From assembly GCA_045803545.1 (NCBI GenBank), contig JBJMOW010000004.1, forward strand, positions 864,001-928,000: a stretch of 64,000 nucleotides of DNA. Direction: 5' to 3'. Every line of letters begins with the position of its first letter. The stretch's first letter is position 1. Source of the DNA: Gemmatimonadaceae bacterium. GTDB lineage: Bacteria; Gemmatimonadota; Gemmatimonadetes; Gemmatimonadales; Gemmatimonadaceae. Position numbers and translations under genes: made by a program. Below, piece after piece: positions 47,839 to 57,515 of this stretch. The notes under the pieces were generated by a model. That model saw only the letters and a list, made by a program, of their open reading frames with translations, was not told the DNA's origin and did no database searches.

Positions 47839-48641
47839 TGGACACCACCACAACTCTCACATTCGGCGAACGACTGCAAGGAAGTTTCGAGCAGCTGTAT
47901 CGCTACGTGCCAGCGCTTTTCGGCGCGCTGGTAATTTTGTTCGCCGGCTATCTACTCGCGCGTTTGCTCGAGAAGGGAACCGAGCGAATCCTCCGACGCA
48001 TCCGCATCCATCAGATCCTCGAGCGCGGCGGCGTGATGGAAGCCGTCGAGCGATCGGGATCGCGCGTCAATCCGGTTCGCGTCGGTGGCAGCCTCGTCTT
48101 CTGGTTCGTGATGTTTGCGGTGATGCTCGTCGCCGCCAACGCGCTCGGACTGCAATCGCTCGCCAACGTCTTCTCAGAGCTCGTTAGCTACATCCCGAGC
48201 GTCATCGCCTCGATCGTGATCATGATCGTAGGCATCGTACTCGGCAGCTTCGTCGGCGGATTGATCATGGCGTCTGCCGGTGGATTGCACGGCGGTCCCA
48301 CCCTGGCGCGCGTTGGTAAGGGCGGCGTCGTACTCCTCGCCACCTTCATGGCGCTCCAGGAGCTGGGTGTTGCGACCGAGATCGTCACTACCGCGTTTGC
48401 GATTCTGTTCGGCGCGATTGCACTCGCGCTCTCCCTCGCCTTCGGACTCGGCAATCGCGATCTCGCCGCCGAAGTAACGCGCAATTGGTATCGCCGTTAC
48501 AAGGACGAGCGAGATGCGATTGATCGAGACAATCGCGAGCTCGATCGCCAGCAGGGAATCGAGACGATCGAAGAGTACGTGCGCCCGCCGCACCCCATCC
48601 GCGACACAGGTCCCGTAGACGTAATCCGCCCGCACGAGTGA
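47838..48641 (+). CDS. TM-helix-repeat (CmpX/mechanosensitive-channel-associated) membrane protein
   Basis: Two Y(V/I)P..(..)A..I...G repeats, AL.ELG, ALAFGLG. Confidence 0.78.
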   Translation: MDTTTTLTFGERLQGSFEQLYRYVPALFGALVILFAGYLLARLLEKGTERILRRIRIHQILERGGVMEAVERSGSRVNPVRVGGSLVFWFVMFAVMLVAANALGLQSLANVFSELVSYIPSVIASIVIMIVGIVLGSFVGGLIMASAGGLHGGPTLARVGKGGVVLLATFMALQELGVATEIVTTAFAILFGAIALALSLAFGLGNRDLAAEVTRNWYRRYKDERDAIDRDNRELDRQQGIETIEEYVRPPHPIRDTGPVDVIRPHE

Positions 48642-50104
48642 GCGGAATCGCGGCTGCCGCGGAAAACGAAGAACCTGGATCGGCTGTCCCCACTGAGCTC
48701 GCGCGAGCGTTAACCCTCCGCGATGCAATTGCGCTGGTGCTGACTGTGATTGGCACCGGCGTTTTTCTCAAAGCAGCACCGATGGCGCAGCTGGTCGGCA
48801 GTCCATCCAAAGTTCTCCTGGTGTGGCTGGCGGCCGGGCTTCTATCGCTTGCCGGCGCGCTGACCTACGCCGAGCTGGGCGCGATGATGCCTGAAGCGGG
48901 CGGTGAGTACGTATTCCTCCGCGAAGCGTACGGTGATCTGCCGGGCTTCCTGTTTGGTTGGACCTCGGTGATGCTGATCGCGAGTGGCGGACTCGCTGCG
49001 GTCTCGAATGCAGTGGCGTCGTTTCTCGCCGCCTTTGTGTCACTCGACGGTGTCTGGTTCTCGCGCGATCTCCATCTGCTGGGACAAACCGTGCATTGGC
49101 AGCTGGGCGGACAACAGCTCGTCGCGGTCGCGATCATCTTGTTGTTCGCGGCGATCAACTCGCGCGGACTCGAGCTTGGTGGAAAGGTTCAGTGGGCGGC
49201 GACCGTCGCCAAGCTTGGCGGCATGGCAATCATCGTCCTCGGCGCGTTTGCACTTTCCAGGACGGGTTCATGGTCGCATCTGAAAGAGCCGGTGACAGCG
49301 GAGCTCGTCCCGACCGGGGTTGGCGCATTCGGTGCGGCGATGATCGCGGCGCTATGGGCGTACCAAGGCTGGTCTAATCTGCCGATGGTAGCGGGCGAAA
49401 TAGAAAAGCCGGAGCGCAACGTGCCGCGCGCTCTGATCTACGGCATGCTCCTGGTGATTGTCGTTTATCTGCTCGCGAACATTGCTTTCTTCTACGCGCT
49501 CCCGTTCAGCGAAGTACTGACGTCGAACTCGACTGCGTACCGTCAGGCGCTGCCGGTTGCGTCGAAGGCAGCGCAGACGTTCTGGTCATACGGCGCTCAG
49601 CTAGTCTCGCTTGCCTTCATGATTGCCGCGATTGGCGCGCTCAACGGCATCACCCTCATGAATGCGCGAGTGCCGTTCGCGATGGCGCGCAACGGACTCT
49701 TCTTCCGCTCTCTCGGCGTGCTCAGCGACAAGCGCGTTCCTGCTCGCGCTATCTGGTTCCAGGGATTGTGGGCGTGTGTGCTGGCGTTGTCGGGTACCTT
49801 CGATCAGATCACGACGTCGGTGATTTTCGCCGTGTGGCTGTTCACCGCGCTGGTCGGATCTTCCTTATTTGTCTTGCGTCACAAGTTGCCGGCCGCACCG
49901 CGCCGCTACCGCGCGATCGGGTATCCGGTGGTGCCGGCCGTGTTCGTGCTCGTCGCCGCCTGGCTGGTCCTCAACAGCCTCTGGGCGACTCCAGTCGAAT
50001 CGGCTGCCGGGATCATTCTCATCGCACTTGGTTTGCCCTTCTTTCTTTTCTTTCGCGCGACTCGCCGCGACGAACACCCCGAAGAAACGGTGAGGTCCTC
50101 GTAA
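48638..50104 (+). CDS. APC family amino acid permease
   Basis: IGTGVF, YAELG..P.AGGEY, WAYQGW, GEIEKPERN, MARNG. Confidence 0.92.
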   Translation: MSGIAAAAENEEPGSAVPTELARALTLRDAIALVLTVIGTGVFLKAAPMAQLVGSPSKVLLVWLAAGLLSLAGALTYAELGAMMPEAGGEYVFLREAYGDLPGFLFGWTSVMLIASGGLAAVSNAVASFLAAFVSLDGVWFSRDLHLLGQTVHWQLGGQQLVAVAIILLFAAINSRGLELGGKVQWAATVAKLGGMAIIVLGAFALSRTGSWSHLKEPVTAELVPTGVGAFGAAMIAALWAYQGWSNLPMVAGEIEKPERNVPRALIYGMLLVIVVYLLANIAFFYALPFSEVLTSNSTAYRQALPVASKAAQTFWSYGAQLVSLAFMIAAIGALNGITLMNARVPFAMARNGLFFRSLGVLSDKRVPARAIWFQGLWACVLALSGTFDQITTSVIFAVWLFTALVGSSLFVLRHKLPAAPRRYRAIGYPVVPAVFVLVAAWLVLNSLWATPVESAAGIILIALGLPFFLFFRATRRDEHPEETVRSS

Positions 50105-50169
50105 AGCGCTGGCTGGTCGCAGCTTTCGGCTAGCCGGCAGCTGGCCGACGGCTGCCAGCCGCCAGCGCT
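50105..50169. repeat. GC-rich imperfect intergenic inverted repeat
   Basis: AGCGCTGGCTGG...GCAGC pairs with GCTGCCAGCCGCCAGCGCT; no U-tract. Confidence 0.45.
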
Positions 50170-50203
50170 CTGTTTGGCATACGCCTTCCACTTAGAGGCG
50201 ACC

Positions 50204-50839
50204 ATGCCCGCCAAAAACAACGATCTCCACGGCAACGTCCCCGACGAATCTCCGGTCGCCCTGATCCTGATCGACGTCATCAACGACATGGAGTTCGACT
50301 CAGGTGACGCGCTGTTCCGGAACGCGCTGCCTGCCGCCCGAAATCTCGCCGCGCTGAAGAAGCGCGCGCAGCAGGCAGGCGTCGCGACCATTTACGTAAA
50401 CGACAACTTTGGAAAGTGGCGCTCAGATTTCCGGTCGCAGCTCGATCACGTGCTCGACGACGGTGTGCGCGGCGAGCCAATCGCAAAACTCCTTCGCCCG
50501 GGCAAAGAGGATTATTTCGTCCTCAAGGCTAAGCACTCGGGCTTCTACGATACGCAACTCGATCTGTTGATCGACTATCTCCACGTAAAGACCGTCATAC
50601 TCGGCGGATTTGCGACAGACATGTGCGTGCTGTTCACCGCCTCGGATGCCTATTTGCGCGATCTCGAGATCATCGTCCCACCCGACTGCTGCGCCGCGGC
50701 GACAATCGAGCACCACAATCAGGCACTACAGCACATGTCTCGCGTGCTGCACGTGAAGACTCCTTCGTCCGTCGAGCTCAATCTCGCCGAGCTGGTCGAT
50801 CGCGGCCGTCGCCCACAGCTCGCACAAACCGCTCGGTAA
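50204..50839 (+). CDS. Isochorismatase family cysteine hydrolase
   Basis: IDVIND, K.KHSGF, ATDMCV (D-K-C triad); GAGG RBS. Confidence 0.9.
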   Translation: MPAKNNDLHGNVPDESPVALILIDVINDMEFDSGDALFRNALPAARNLAALKKRAQQAGVATIYVNDNFGKWRSDFRSQLDHVLDDGVRGEPIAKLLRPGKEDYFVLKAKHSGFYDTQLDLLIDYLHVKTVILGGFATDMCVLFTASDAYLRDLEIIVPPDCCAAATIEHHNQALQHMSRVLHVKTPSSVELNLAELVDRGRRPQLAQTAR

Positions 50840-51794
50840 ATTCGACGACCTTTTCCAACCCGGGGAAGTTGATTCGCTGGACGATGTCGCTTGGACGATG
50901 ATAGTCGGAGTGATAGTCCGTGAACAATCCGAGCACCGGTATGTGAACTCGCGCGAAGGAAGCCTGGTCGGACACTTCGCGAGATCCGTCCAGCCATTGG
51001 TGATGGAGAAGCAAAGCGGGTGGCAGATGCTCGACACTGTCAACCAGAACTCCAATCCGGTGGTGCTGTTCGCCACTGAAGAAAAGCAGCTTGTCGTCGC
51101 GCAGCCGCCCGACCATGTCGAGATTCACCATCGTCACGATTGAATCACGTGCGACCGGCAAGTTATCCACGAAAAACTGAGACCCGATCAGGCCGAGCTC
51201 CTCAGCGCTGAAGTTTAGAAACAAGATGGAGCGCCGCGCCGGATGCTCGGCGAATCTCCGCGCCAGCTCGAGGACTGCCGCTGTTCCGGAGCCGTTGTCG
51301 TCAGCGCCCGGATGCATGAAGTGATACTGGCCTGCATCGCGCGAGTACGTGCTCGATCTGCCGAGGTGGTCGTAGTGCGCCCCAACTACGACGTACTCTC
51401 CTCGCAACAGAGCGTCAGTGCCCAGGACGAGCGCGCCGACATTCTGGGATTTGTCGTCGATTGTGACATCGATCGAATGCGCCAGAAACGGCGACACTCG
51501 AAAGAACTGAAAGAAGCTGTTCTGGCATGTGTCATTGCCGCATGACGTGCCGTTGAAGACGCCGATCAGCGCGAGGGTGTGATATCGTCGCGCAATGAAC
51601 GCGGCCGCGGTATCATTGCCCGGTGTTCCAGTCAGGCGACCGGTAAGCGCTTGGCTGGATAGGTACCCGATGTCGTCGTGAAGGCGCGATTGAACCGGAT
51701 CAAGCGGGTCGAGACGCGGTTGACTAACCGCGCAGCCAAGCACCACGCTTAGGAGTGCGGCGCTCGCGAGTCGCCGAACAACGCCAGGAGACAT
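50778..51794 (-). CDS. M28 family metallopeptidase, lipoprotein
   Basis: Lipobox LGC, GAHYDH, GADDNGSG, AEE, NLDM, SD, YH. Confidence 0.9.
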   Translation of the reverse strand: MSPGVVRRLASAALLSVVLGCAVSQPRLDPLDPVQSRLHDDIGYLSSQALTGRLTGTPGNDTAAAFIARRYHTLALIGVFNGTSCGNDTCQNSFFQFFRVSPFLAHSIDVTIDDKSQNVGALVLGTDALLRGEYVVVGAHYDHLGRSSTYSRDAGQYHFMHPGADDNGSGTAAVLELARRFAEHPARRSILFLNFSAEELGLIGSQFFVDNLPVARDSIVTMVNLDMVGRLRDDKLLFFSGEQHHRIGVLVDSVEHLPPALLLHHQWLDGSREVSDQASFARVHIPVLGLFTDYHSDYHRPSDIVQRINFPGLEKVVEFTERFVRAVGDGRDRPARRD

Positions 51795-51801
51795 CACCGT
51801 T

Positions 51802-52530
51802 TCAAATTGTTCCGGCGAGGTAACGCTTTCGCGTTGATTCCGGATGTCGCTCGATCGCGTACCGAAGCGCGGTGCGTGGCATCATTCGGTAATGCTTGGC
51901 CAGGAACGCATCCAGAACGTCGCGGTCTTTCTTGCCGACCTCGCGCAGCATCCAGCCAACCGCTTTGTGAATCAGATCGTGCTTGTCGGCCAGCAACATT
52001 TTCGAGATCCGCTGCGTTGGCTCGAGCTCGCCCCGCTTGATGAAATGGAACGTGGCGACGATCGCAATCCGTCGTTCCCACAGCTCCTTTGATCGGGCCA
52101 GCTTCTCAAGTAGCGCGATCTCTTTGGCCTCGAGATGCCCGCCGACTACCTGGCTCGCCGACATGTCGACGAGGTCCCAGTTGTTGACCCGCCGCGTATT
52201 GGCGAGATACGCGCGATGAATCTTTCGGCGCCCAGCATCGTCGCCACGTTGATAGGCATCGACAAGAAGCAGCAACGCGACCAGCCGTTCCTCGTGCCAC
52301 TCGGACTGCAGCAGCTCCAGCACCTCGTCGTGACCTAAGTCCCTGTGCCGCTTGGCGATCGCTCGCATCTCCGGCACCGTCAGCCCCAGAAATTTGTCGC
52401 CCTCACCGTAGTCGCCGGGCCCGGTTCGGAAGAACCGCAGCGAATGTTTGGCGCGTTCGGGGCTACCTAACGCACGGATTTCCCGACGCACCGCCGCCAA
52501 ACTCGTCTGGGATTTTTCTTTGATCGCCAT
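51802..52530 (-). CDS. DNA alkylation repair protein (AlkD-like HEAT repeat)
   Basis: YGEGDKFLG, NNWDLVD, WERR, KAVGWMLRE, RTALRYAIE; ATG at 52530. Confidence 0.9.
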   Translation of the reverse strand: MAIKEKSQTSLAAVRREIRALGSPERAKHSLRFFRTGPGDYGEGDKFLGLTVPEMRAIAKRHRDLGHDEVLELLQSEWHEERLVALLLLVDAYQRGDDAGRRKIHRAYLANTRRVNNWDLVDMSASQVVGGHLEAKEIALLEKLARSKELWERRIAIVATFHFIKRGELEPTQRISKMLLADKHDLIHKAVGWMLREVGKKDRDVLDAFLAKHYRMMPRTALRYAIERHPESTRKRYLAGTI

Positions 52531-52555
52531 GACTTCGTTGCTATAATGTCCGCCC

Positions 52556-53809
52556 ATGCCGACTACCGTGAGTTCGTCCGATACCGCATGGATGCTGATC
52601 GCCACCGCACTCGTGCTGGTGATGACCCCCGCCCTCGGATTCTTCTACGGCGGAATGGTCCGCGCAAAAAATGCTCTAAATACCATGATGATGTCATACG
52701 TCGCCCTCGGCTTCGTCGGCATCGCCTGGGCACTCCTTGGCTATTCGCTCGCGTTCGCGGACGGCGGCGGATTCCTCGGTGATCTCAGATTCGCGTTCCT
52801 TCGTAATGTCGGCCTCGATGCAAAAGGAACGATCCCTCACATCCTCTTCGCATCGTATCAGGGAACCTTCGCGGTGATCACCGCGGCGCTGATCTCGGGC
52901 GCCATCGTCGAGCGCATGCGCTTCGGACCGTACCTCACCTTCATTACGCTTTGGTGCATCGGCGTCTACGCTCCGATCGCACACTGGGTATGGGGCGGAG
53001 GATGGCTGGGCAAGCTGGGCGCCCTCGATTTCGCCGGTGGAACAGTCGTCCACATCAATGCCGCCGCCGCCGCTCTCGTCGGTGCAATCGTGCTCGGCCG
53101 TCGGAAGGATTACATGCGGCAGGCGATCATCCCGCAGAATGTGCCTTTCACCCTTCTCGGCACCGGTGTGCTGTGGCTCGGTTGGTTCGGCTTCAACGCT
53201 GGTAGCGCCTTGGCGGCGAATCCGGTTGCAGCGCTCGCATTCGGCAACACCATGTTCGCGCCGATGGCGACGCTCGTAGTTTGGAGCCTGCTCGATTTGA
53301 CGCGCACCGGCAAGACGACCGCGGTGGGAGCAGCAACCGCGATTGTCGTAGGCCTGGTGGCCATCACGCCGGCCGCTGGTTTCATCAGCCCGCTTTCATC
53401 GATCATACTTGGTGCGATCGCTGCGCCGGCGAGTTACTTCGCGATTCTCTACAGATCGACCACCAGGCTCGACGACTCACTTGACGTCGTTGCTGCTCAC
53501 GGTGTTGGCGGCACAGTCGGCGCGCTGCTCACTGGAATTCTCGCGCAAAAGAGTTGGAACGGAGTTGCCGACGGTGCGCTATTCGGAAACCCGAAACAGC
53601 TCGGCATCCAGGTGGCAGCGATTCTCGCGACCATCGCGTACAGTACCGTCGCGACCTATGTGATCATCAAGGCGATCGGCTTCGGGTTCAGCTTGCGCGC
53701 GAGCGCGAAAGAAGAAGGGATCGGACTCGACGTCACCCAGCACGGTGAAGAGGCCTATAGCAGAGGCGAAGGCGCGATCCTCATTCCCGCCGACGGAGCA
53801 CAGATATGA
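52556..53809 (+). CDS. amtB: Ammonium transporter
   Basis: LMTP.L..FYGG-type motif, DFAGGTVVH, GWFGFN, DDSLDV..AHG twin-His. Confidence 0.95.
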   Translation: MPTTVSSSDTAWMLIATALVLVMTPALGFFYGGMVRAKNALNTMMMSYVALGFVGIAWALLGYSLAFADGGGFLGDLRFAFLRNVGLDAKGTIPHILFASYQGTFAVITAALISGAIVERMRFGPYLTFITLWCIGVYAPIAHWVWGGGWLGKLGALDFAGGTVVHINAAAAALVGAIVLGRRKDYMRQAIIPQNVPFTLLGTGVLWLGWFGFNAGSALAANPVAALAFGNTMFAPMATLVVWSLLDLTRTGKTTAVGAATAIVVGLVAITPAAGFISPLSSIILGAIAAPASYFAILYRSTTRLDDSLDVVAAHGVGGTVGALLTGILAQKSWNGVADGALFGNPKQLGIQVAAILATIAYSTVATYVIIKAIGFGFSLRASAKEEGIGLDVTQHGEEAYSRGEGAILIPADGAQI

Positions 53810-54174
53810 AGCTTGTCGTAGCGATCGTTCGACCCGAGAAACTCAACGACGTCCTCGAGGGGTTGTACCGCGCCGAGGTGCGGGGACTCACGATCAGCAG
53901 AGTGCGTGGCCACGGCGGTGAGACCGAGCAGGTCGAGACCTACCGCGGCACCACGGTGAAGGTCGAATTGCATGACAAGGTGCGGATCGAGATCGGAGTC
54001 TCGGACAACTTCGTTAAGGCGACGGTCGACGCGATCCTTTCCGGTGGCCGCACCGGCGAGGTCGGCGATGGCAAGATTTTCGTTCTGCCGGTCGAAAAGG
54101 TTTACCGGATTCGAACCGGGGAAGAGGATCGTGCCGCCGTCACGCCGATCGATGGGGAGCCAGTGACCGGGTAG
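53806..54174 (+). CDS. glnK: P-II nitrogen regulator
   Basis: YRG T-loop, K58, TGEVGDGKIF, RIRTGE; ATGA overlap with amtB. Confidence 0.93.
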   Translation: MKLVVAIVRPEKLNDVLEGLYRAEVRGLTISRVRGHGGETEQVETYRGTTVKVELHDKVRIEIGVSDNFVKATVDAILSGGRTGEVGDGKIFVLPVEKVYRIRTGEEDRAAVTPIDGEPVTG

Positions 54175-55800
54175 TTAGCGGACTTGAAACACGCATAGCC
54201 CGTGAGCTGGGATCGTCGTTAGCGCGACAACGTTCTTCGCCTCAACATGCGCAGGTCCGCATCCGACCGTGTTGCCGTACACCAACTCCAATGGTCGTGG
54301 CAAGAGCTCGGTTACTGATACGGTCAAGCTGGTCATCGCGTCTTCGCCAAAGTTGACGACGACAAGCATTGTTTCCGCTCCTGCACGGCGAATGAAAGCT
54401 GCAGCTCGGGAATCATTCGTCGACCCAATGATCATTCGTCCTCGCGACAGAGCGAGATGCGCGTTCCGGAGATGAATCAATCTCCGATAGTAGTTGAGTA
54501 ACGAGCCGTCGTCTCCATCTTGCCCGGCGACGTTCTTCGATTGCCAATCCGCTTGCAATGCTTCCCAGGGCGCGCCCGCGGAAAATCCTGCGTTTGACTC
54601 CGCGCTCCACTGCATCGGCGTGCGAATCTGCTCGTCCGGCTTGTCGCCGATCATCCCGATCTCTTCGCCGTAGTACACGAACGGCGTGCCCGGCAGCATC
54701 AGCATTGCGCTTGCTGCGGCCCGGGCCTTCGCGAGATCACCCCGCACAGTGGTCATGACGCGCGTCTGGTCGTGATTGCTGAGAAACGGCGCCCAACGCC
54801 CTTCGGGCAGCGCGTTCGCGCGCGTGATTTCGCGCACAAAGGCCGCAGCGTTGCCTGTTCTCGCTGACTCCAGCGTTCCCGTCGCGACTCCGAACTCGAA
54901 ATACGAATCGAGCTGGTCGGGATAGTAGGATGGAAGCGCGGGCATATCCGACTCTTCTCCAACGGTGAACGACTGCGGCGCCGCCGCGCGAATCGCTGAC
55001 CCGAAACGACGCAGTACTTCATGCGTCCCGCGCGAATGCATCAGCACATTTCCGTCTTCGACGAGATAGGGAATCGCGTCGAAACGCAGTCCGTCAGCTT
55101 GCATCGTAGTCACCCAGTACTTCGTGACGTTGACCATTTCGTCGAGCACGGCCGGATTTTCGTAATTCCAATCGGGCATCTCGTGCCAGAATACGCCGTA
55201 ATAGTATTCGTCGCTCAGCGGCGACTTGTGCCACGCACGTTGTCCCCACGGTCCCGGCTGCTTCGGATCGGTGCTCGAGAACCGGTACCAGCTCCGGTAC
55301 TGACTCGCCGCATCCTTGAGCGCCGCCTGAAAGAACGGATGATCGATCGAAGAGTGATTCGGCACGAAGTCCACGATCACGTGAATGCCGCGTCGATGCG
55401 CCTCTCGCACCAGCGCGCGAAAATCGTCGTCGCTGCCGTAGTGCGCGTCGACGTGGTAATAATCGTTGACGTCGTACCCGTGATAGCTTTTCGCCTTCGC
55501 AATCGGCATCAGCCAAATGCAATTCGCGCCGAGGCTCCTGGTACTTCGTGGATTTCCGTCGTTGATGTAGTCGAGTCGGGCAGTGAGTCCGCGCAGATCA
55601 CCGACCCCGTCGCCGTCGGAATCGTAGAAGGAGCGGACGAACACCTCGTAGCAAACCCCGTCGCGCCACCATTGAGTTTGTCTGGACCCGACGCTACTCG
55701 CAGACGTTGAAACCGCGGCTGAGCACGCATCCATCGCCAGCATCGCAATCACGCTCAGCGACGCCACCCGGGTAAAGCTCACTTGGGAACCGGACGCCAC
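54175..55800 (-). CDS. Exported GH13 alpha-amylase family hydrolase
   Basis: RSFYDSDGDG.GDL, YHGYD, VPNH, RFDA, GE, SNHD, YYGEEIGM. Confidence 0.9.
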   Translation of the reverse strand: MASGSQVSFTRVASLSVIAMLAMDACSAAVSTSASSVGSRQTQWWRDGVCYEVFVRSFYDSDGDGVGDLRGLTARLDYINDGNPRSTRSLGANCIWLMPIAKAKSYHGYDVNDYYHVDAHYGSDDDFRALVREAHRRGIHVIVDFVPNHSSIDHPFFQAALKDAASQYRSWYRFSSTDPKQPGPWGQRAWHKSPLSDEYYYGVFWHEMPDWNYENPAVLDEMVNVTKYWVTTMQADGLRFDAIPYLVEDGNVLMHSRGTHEVLRRFGSAIRAAAPQSFTVGEESDMPALPSYYPDQLDSYFEFGVATGTLESARTGNAAAFVREITRANALPEGRWAPFLSNHDQTRVMTTVRGDLAKARAAASAMLMLPGTPFVYYGEEIGMIGDKPDEQIRTPMQWSAESNAGFSAGAPWEALQADWQSKNVAGQDGDDGSLLNYYRRLIHLRNAHLALSRGRMIIGSTNDSRAAAFIRRAGAETMLVVVNFGEDAMTSLTVSVTELLPRPLELVYGNTVGCGPAHVEAKNVVALTTIPAHGLCVFQVR

Positions 55801-56240
55801 TCAGTCGACGATAGCCGGCTCGCTACAACGGGACCACCGTCCGCTGCTTTTCCTTCGATCTCGATCAGCAGCACGGTATTTGGCGTCGATCGGACGGCGT
55901 CGATAAGTGCCGGCGTGATCGTCGTCAGCGGAATCTTGGCGCGCCGATTCCATTCGGTGTCGTGCTGCCCCGCACTCCGACCCGAGTTCACATAGACGAA
56001 CCGGTCCTCAGCCGGACCCTGAGTGAACTCGCCGAGGAATCGCGGCCGCGCGCCCAGCTTGTCCGGCGCCACCCGGGCCGTAAAATCGAACGAGATCGAC
56101 GTCGGATCGATGCGAGTCGGTGGCACCAGTTCTGGATGACCCATCGCGCCCGATTTCCCTTTCTGCAGCGCGAACCTTACGCCGGGCGGCACGCGATACA
56201 GCGTGATCCGTAACCCGATCTCCACCTCGTTCCTTTTCAT
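55779..56240 (-). CDS. Conserved hypothetical protein (DUF5990-like)
   Basis: G.F.QG...DRFVYV..G.....W.RRAKI.L pattern; ATGA overlap with the upstream gene at 56240. Confidence 0.65.
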   Translation of the reverse strand: MKRNEVEIGLRITLYRVPPGVRFALQKGKSGAMGHPELVPPTRIDPTSISFDFTARVAPDKLGARPRFLGEFTQGPAEDRFVYVNSGRSAGQHDTEWNRRAKIPLTTITPALIDAVRSTPNTVLLIEIEGKAADGGPVVASRLSSTEWRPVPK

Positions 56241-57343
56241 TTCGGCGGAGTCCACACCGCGACGCCCACCCGCGAGTCAGCGGTGCCGTAGTACAGGAAC
56301 CACTTTCCCTTGAACGGAATCATTGCTTCCGTAAAGGTCGTTCCTTCCTTGTATTGCCCCGTTTTCTCGTAAGGCTCGGTCGGTCGGATGAATGGCGCTT
56401 CCGATCGCGCAATCAGCTTGATCGGATTGTTCGGGTCGAACAGCGCCTGGCCGCCAGTGTAGACCCGCTCCGGCAGGCCCGCTTGCCCGAATCGCCCGCT
56501 GTTGCCGGCGTTGTAAACGAGAACGATTCCGCGATCGGTGAGAATCGCCGGCGGCCCGGCCTCCACCAGCCACGAATCGAAGTAACCGGGCCGCGCCGAC
56601 AAAACCTTTAACACCTTTCCGTCCGAATCCGCGAGCGGCGTCCAGTTGATCAAATCGTCCGACGTGGCGAGCATGATGTCCGGGACGTTGAAGTACATCC
56701 AGTACTTGCCGTTGATCTTCGTGGCGATGAGATGATCGCCCTGCAGCCGCGTTACGATCGATCCCGACTTCGTCTCCATCCGCGTGTACTTCCCACTCTC
56801 GGCGCGCGCGAACGCCGGCCCATGCTTCGTCCAGCTCACGAGGTCGCGTGACGTCGCCACCGCCAATCGCGGCACGTCGCGATTCCATTGGGTGTACGTC
56901 ATCACGTAGCGGCCGTCGTCGGTCTCCACAATCCGCGGATCTTCGACGCCTCCCGTCCACTCATACCGCGCCTGGTCATCCTTGTCCGGATACAGCACCG
57001 GCGCCGCTCCCCGCGTGAAATTCAACCCATCGCTGCTCTCGGCGAGCCCGATCCGCGAAGTGTGAAAGCCAATCTCCTCCCGCCCACTCGCATCCTCGGC
57101 GCGATACAGAACGTAGACTTTTCCGTTTCGCACCACCGCCGCCGGATTAAACGTCGCCAGCTGCTCCCAATGCACGACGCTGTCGCCCATTGGTGATCGG
57201 AACGTCGACGAAGCATTCGGCGCAATGATCGGATTGACCGCCGCCGGTTTCTCAAACGGTCCAAAGGTCCACCCGAGCGATTGCCCGCCAGCGGACACCG
57301 GCAGAATGAGCAAGAAAACCGCAACCGACCCTCTCAAGTCCAT
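56237..57343 (-). CDS. Exported GH130 glycoside hydrolase (beta-mannosidase-type)
   Basis: FNPAA, LYRAED, GGVEDPR, YVMTYT, YYGTAD; signal peptide. Confidence 0.88.
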   Translation of the reverse strand: MDLRGSVAVFLLILPVSAGGQSLGWTFGPFEKPAAVNPIIAPNASSTFRSPMGDSVVHWEQLATFNPAAVVRNGKVYVLYRAEDASGREEIGFHTSRIGLAESSDGLNFTRGAAPVLYPDKDDQARYEWTGGVEDPRIVETDDGRYVMTYTQWNRDVPRLAVATSRDLVSWTKHGPAFARAESGKYTRMETKSGSIVTRLQGDHLIATKINGKYWMYFNVPDIMLATSDDLINWTPLADSDGKVLKVLSARPGYFDSWLVEAGPPAILTDRGIVLVYNAGNSGRFGQAGLPERVYTGGQALFDPNNPIKLIARSEAPFIRPTEPYEKTGQYKEGTTFTEAMIPFKGKWFLYYGTADSRVGVAVWTPPK

Positions 57344-57362
57344 AGAAGACCTCCATATGCCA

Positions 57363-57422
57363 CCTCATCCCTCACCCCTCATCCCGCCACCGGCCTCCCG
57401 CCTCCCGCCTCCCGCCTGCCGC
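57363..57422. repeat. Tandem heptamer arrays (CCTCAYC)3 + (GCCTCCC)n in a divergent spacer
   Basis: CCTCATC CCTCACC CCTCATC ... GCCTCCC GCCTCCC GCCTCCC GCCTGCC. Confidence 0.7.
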
Positions 57423-57515
57423 TCGTGACCCTTCTGCCGCTCATTCGTTACCGGTGTGAGGGGCTCCGGCGCTGCGTCGGGCTTCGACCATCCTGAATCC
57501 GACGAGGATCTGCTC

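Noticed and set aside
50778..50839. 62-bp convergent overlap between the cysteine hydrolase and M28 peptidase genes
   Set aside because: Both tails are low-information extensions; such overlaps are common in compact GC-rich genomes.
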